Part shown: positions 62,318-64,000 of the stretch, piece by piece | Layout of the letters: each line of letters opens with the position of its first letter | How positions within the stretch are numbered: the first letter of the stretch is position 1 | From: Deltaproteobacteria bacterium | GTDB lineage: Bacteria > Desulfobacterota > Binatia > UBA12015 | Reading direction: 5' to 3' | DNA: 64,000 nt | Assembly: GCA_029262355.1 (NCBI GenBank) | Contig: JAJCZO010000094.1 | Location: 7,212-71,211 of the forward strand | Made by a program: the position numbers and the translations under genes | Notes under the pieces: model-generated | Seen by the model: only the letters and a program-made list of their open reading frames with translations | Database searches by the model: none | What the model was told of the DNA's origin: nothing

Positions 62318-64000
62318 GACGCGAGGCCGGAATGCCGCAAGAGCGCGTCCGTAGTCGGCGCACGACCGCGAAACGCTTGGAAGACCTCCATCGGCGGACG
62401 ACTTCCGCCGAGGGCCAGGACCGTGTCGCGATACCGCTTCCCCGTCGCGCGCACCGCCTGTTCGTCGTCGAGTCCCACCTCTTCGAACGCCGCGAACGCG
62501 TCGGCCGACAACACCTCCGCCCACTTGTAGCTGTAGTAACCCGCGGCGTAGCCGCCGGCGAAGATGTGGCCGAAGGCGCAGAGGAATCGGTCTTCGGGGA
62601 TCGGTGCCAGAACGGTGGCGCGCTCAGCAATCTTTCGCTGCACGTCGAAGGGCGATTCGCTGCCCTCGGGGTCGTACCCGTGGTGCAGCGCCATATCGAC
62701 GAAGCTGAAGTAGAGTTGGCGGAGCGTATCCGAGCCCGAACGAAACGTGCGCGAGGCGACAATCTTGTCAAACAGATCGTCTGGCAGACGCGCACCAGTA
62801 TCGACGTGCTCCGTCAGACCGAGCAACGTCTCGCGATGGTAGCACCAGTTCTCCATGAACTGACTCGGCAGCTCTACGGCGTCCCACTCGACGTTGCGAA
62901 TTCCCGACGCCATCGGCTGATCGATCTTCGTCAACATGTGTTGCAGACCGTGGCCGAATTCGTGGAACAAGGTCTCGACCTCCCGGAACGTCATCTGCGA
63001 CGGTTCTCCCGCTACGGGCGGGGCCTGGTTGCAGACGAGATACGCGACCGGGGTGCGACCCGGGGCGCGGCCGATGCACTCATCCATCCATGCGCCGCCA
63101 CGCTTCTCAGCCGGTCGGCTGAACGGATCAAGGTAGAAGGCCGCAATCGGCGCCCCCTCTTCGCTCACCCGAAAAAAGCGTACGTCCTCATGCCACACCG
63201 GAGCCTCGCCATCGGCAGCTTCGATCTTCACCTCAAACAACCGCTCCGCCAGGGAGAAGAGTCCGTCGAGAACCTTGGGAAGGGGAAAGTACGGACGCAG
63301 CTCCTCGTCCGTATAGGAGTAACGCCTCTCCCGGAGACGCTCCGCCCAGAACGGGACGTCCCACGGGGCGAACTCATCTGCCTCAGCCGCGCCTTCTTCG
63401 CGCGCCAGGTTCGCCAACTCGACCAGGTCGTGTTCGGCCGCGGAGTGCGACGCAGAGCGAAGCTCTTCGAGCATCTTCTCTACGGCCGCAACGTCCGGCG
63501 CCATCTTGCTATCCAAGCTCAGCGCAGCAAAGTCTTCGAAGTCGAGCAGAACCGCCTCGTCATGTCGCAGCTCCAGAATCCTCGAAATGAGCGGCGCGTT
63601 GTCGGTCTCGGCGCTGCTCGCACGCGTGACGTTCGCCCGGTAGACCTGCTCTCGCAGATCGCGCCGCCTGCTGTGCTGCAGGAACGGACCGAAGCTCGGG
63701 AAGTCCAAGGTGATGCGCCACGGGCCATTCTCCGGCGTTGCGCCCTCTTCAGCCGCGTTTCCCGCAGCCTGCGCGGCGAGCTGGAGGAGGCTCGGCGGAA
63801 GCCCCACGACCTCTTCGGCCGCCCGCAGCGTCAGCGAGAACGCCTTGGTCGCGTCCAGTACGTTGTTCGAAAACTGCGTCGTCGCCTCCGCGAGTTCCCG
63901 CTGGATGACGTTGAACACCTCGCGCTCGTCGTCCTCTAGACCCACACCCGAGTGCTGAGCGTCGCGCAGCATCGACTCGACGATGCGCTTCTGGGTCGCG
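62314..64000 (-). CDS. M3-family metallopeptidase (oligopeptidase A-like), N-terminus beyond the window end
   Basis: The HEFGHGLQH zinc motif is present, along with ...KRIVESMLRDAQHSGVGL... typical of OpdA. The reading frame is open through nt 64000, so the gene is partial. Confidence 0.8.
   Translation of the reverse strand, partial: ATQKRIVESMLRDAQHSGVGLEDDEREVFNVIQRELAEATTQFSNNVLDATKAFSLTLRAAEEVVGLPPSLLQLAAQAAGNAAEEGATPENGPWRITLDFPSFGPFLQHSRRRDLREQVYRANVTRASSAETDNAPLISRILELRHDEAVLLDFEDFAALSLDSKMAPDVAAVEKMLEELRSASHSAAEHDLVELANLAREEGAAEADEFAPWDVPFWAERLRERRYSYTDEELRPYFPLPKVLDGLFSLAERLFEVKIEAADGEAPVWHEDVRFFRVSEEGAPIAAFYLDPFSRPAEKRGGAWMDECIGRAPGRTPVAYLVCNQAPPVAGEPSQMTFREVETLFHEFGHGLQHMLTKIDQPMASGIRNVEWDAVELPSQFMENWCYHRETLLGLTEHVDTGARLPDDLFDKIVASRTFRSGSDTLRQLYFSFVDMALHHGYDPEGSESPFDVQRKIAERATVLAPIPEDRFLCAFGHIFAGGYAAGYYSYKWAEVLSADAFAAFEEVGLDDEQAVRATGKRYRDTVLALGGSRPPMEVFQAFRGRAPTTDALLRHSGLAS

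Noticed and set aside
1-64000. CRISPR arrays, IS elements/transposases, integrases, rRNA or tRNA genes
   Set aside because: I found no periodic repeat-spacer structure and no transposase or integrase-like ORF. No intergenic region is long enough for rRNA. tRNAs cannot be reliably excluded by eye in the short spacers, but none of the 50-260-nt spacers showed an obvious cloverleaf or a CCA-proximal acceptor pattern.

Overview
This is a 64 kb, very GC-rich (~68%), gene-dense bacterial chromosomal segment. Its content looks deltaproteobacterial or myxobacterial: Ccm-type cytochrome c biogenesis, a CcmE with the CxxxY variant, Cys-rich secreted proteins, and many GTG/TTG starts with 4-nt start/stop overlaps. 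All calls rest on reading the supplied six-frame translations and on motif recognition; no searches were run. I resolved about 58 protein-coding genes, one decayed gene, two hairpin terminators, a 41-bp tandem duplication and a candidate TetR promoter/operator; long antisense ORFs inside purL, the TonB receptor gene and elsewhere are treated as GC-driven artifacts. No rRNA, tRNA, CRISPR array or mobile element was recognisable by eye.

The most notable loci are:
- A translationally coupled 2-aminoethylphosphonate-type operon on the minus strand (split phosphonopyruvate decarboxylase alpha and beta, PhnW-like aminotransferase, LicC/PntC-like cytidylyltransferase). Its PEP mutase gene directly upstream is reduced to a frameshifted 5' fragment.
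- An operon coupling a NapC/NirT tetraheme cytochrome to an unusual membrane protein (two TM helices, a cytoplasmic cyclic-nucleotide-binding domain, a third TM helix, a periplasmic cytochrome c domain) and a secreted NPP-family phosphodiesterase.
- A polyprenyl-phosphate sugar-phosphate transferase operon in which only the middle protein carries a canonical transferase domain; the flanking two carry degenerate copies fused to other enzymes. The operon ends in a PHP(TrpH-like)-STAS fusion.
- A partial ccm locus (ccmE, ccmF, ccmH plus a small zinc-ribbon membrane protein).
- A probable polysaccharide O-acylation operon (MBOAT, SGNH partner, NPP-TPR protein).

Some position checks against the sequence were off by one nucleotide. 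Boundaries therefore follow the ORF track, and start codons were refined by offset from track ends.
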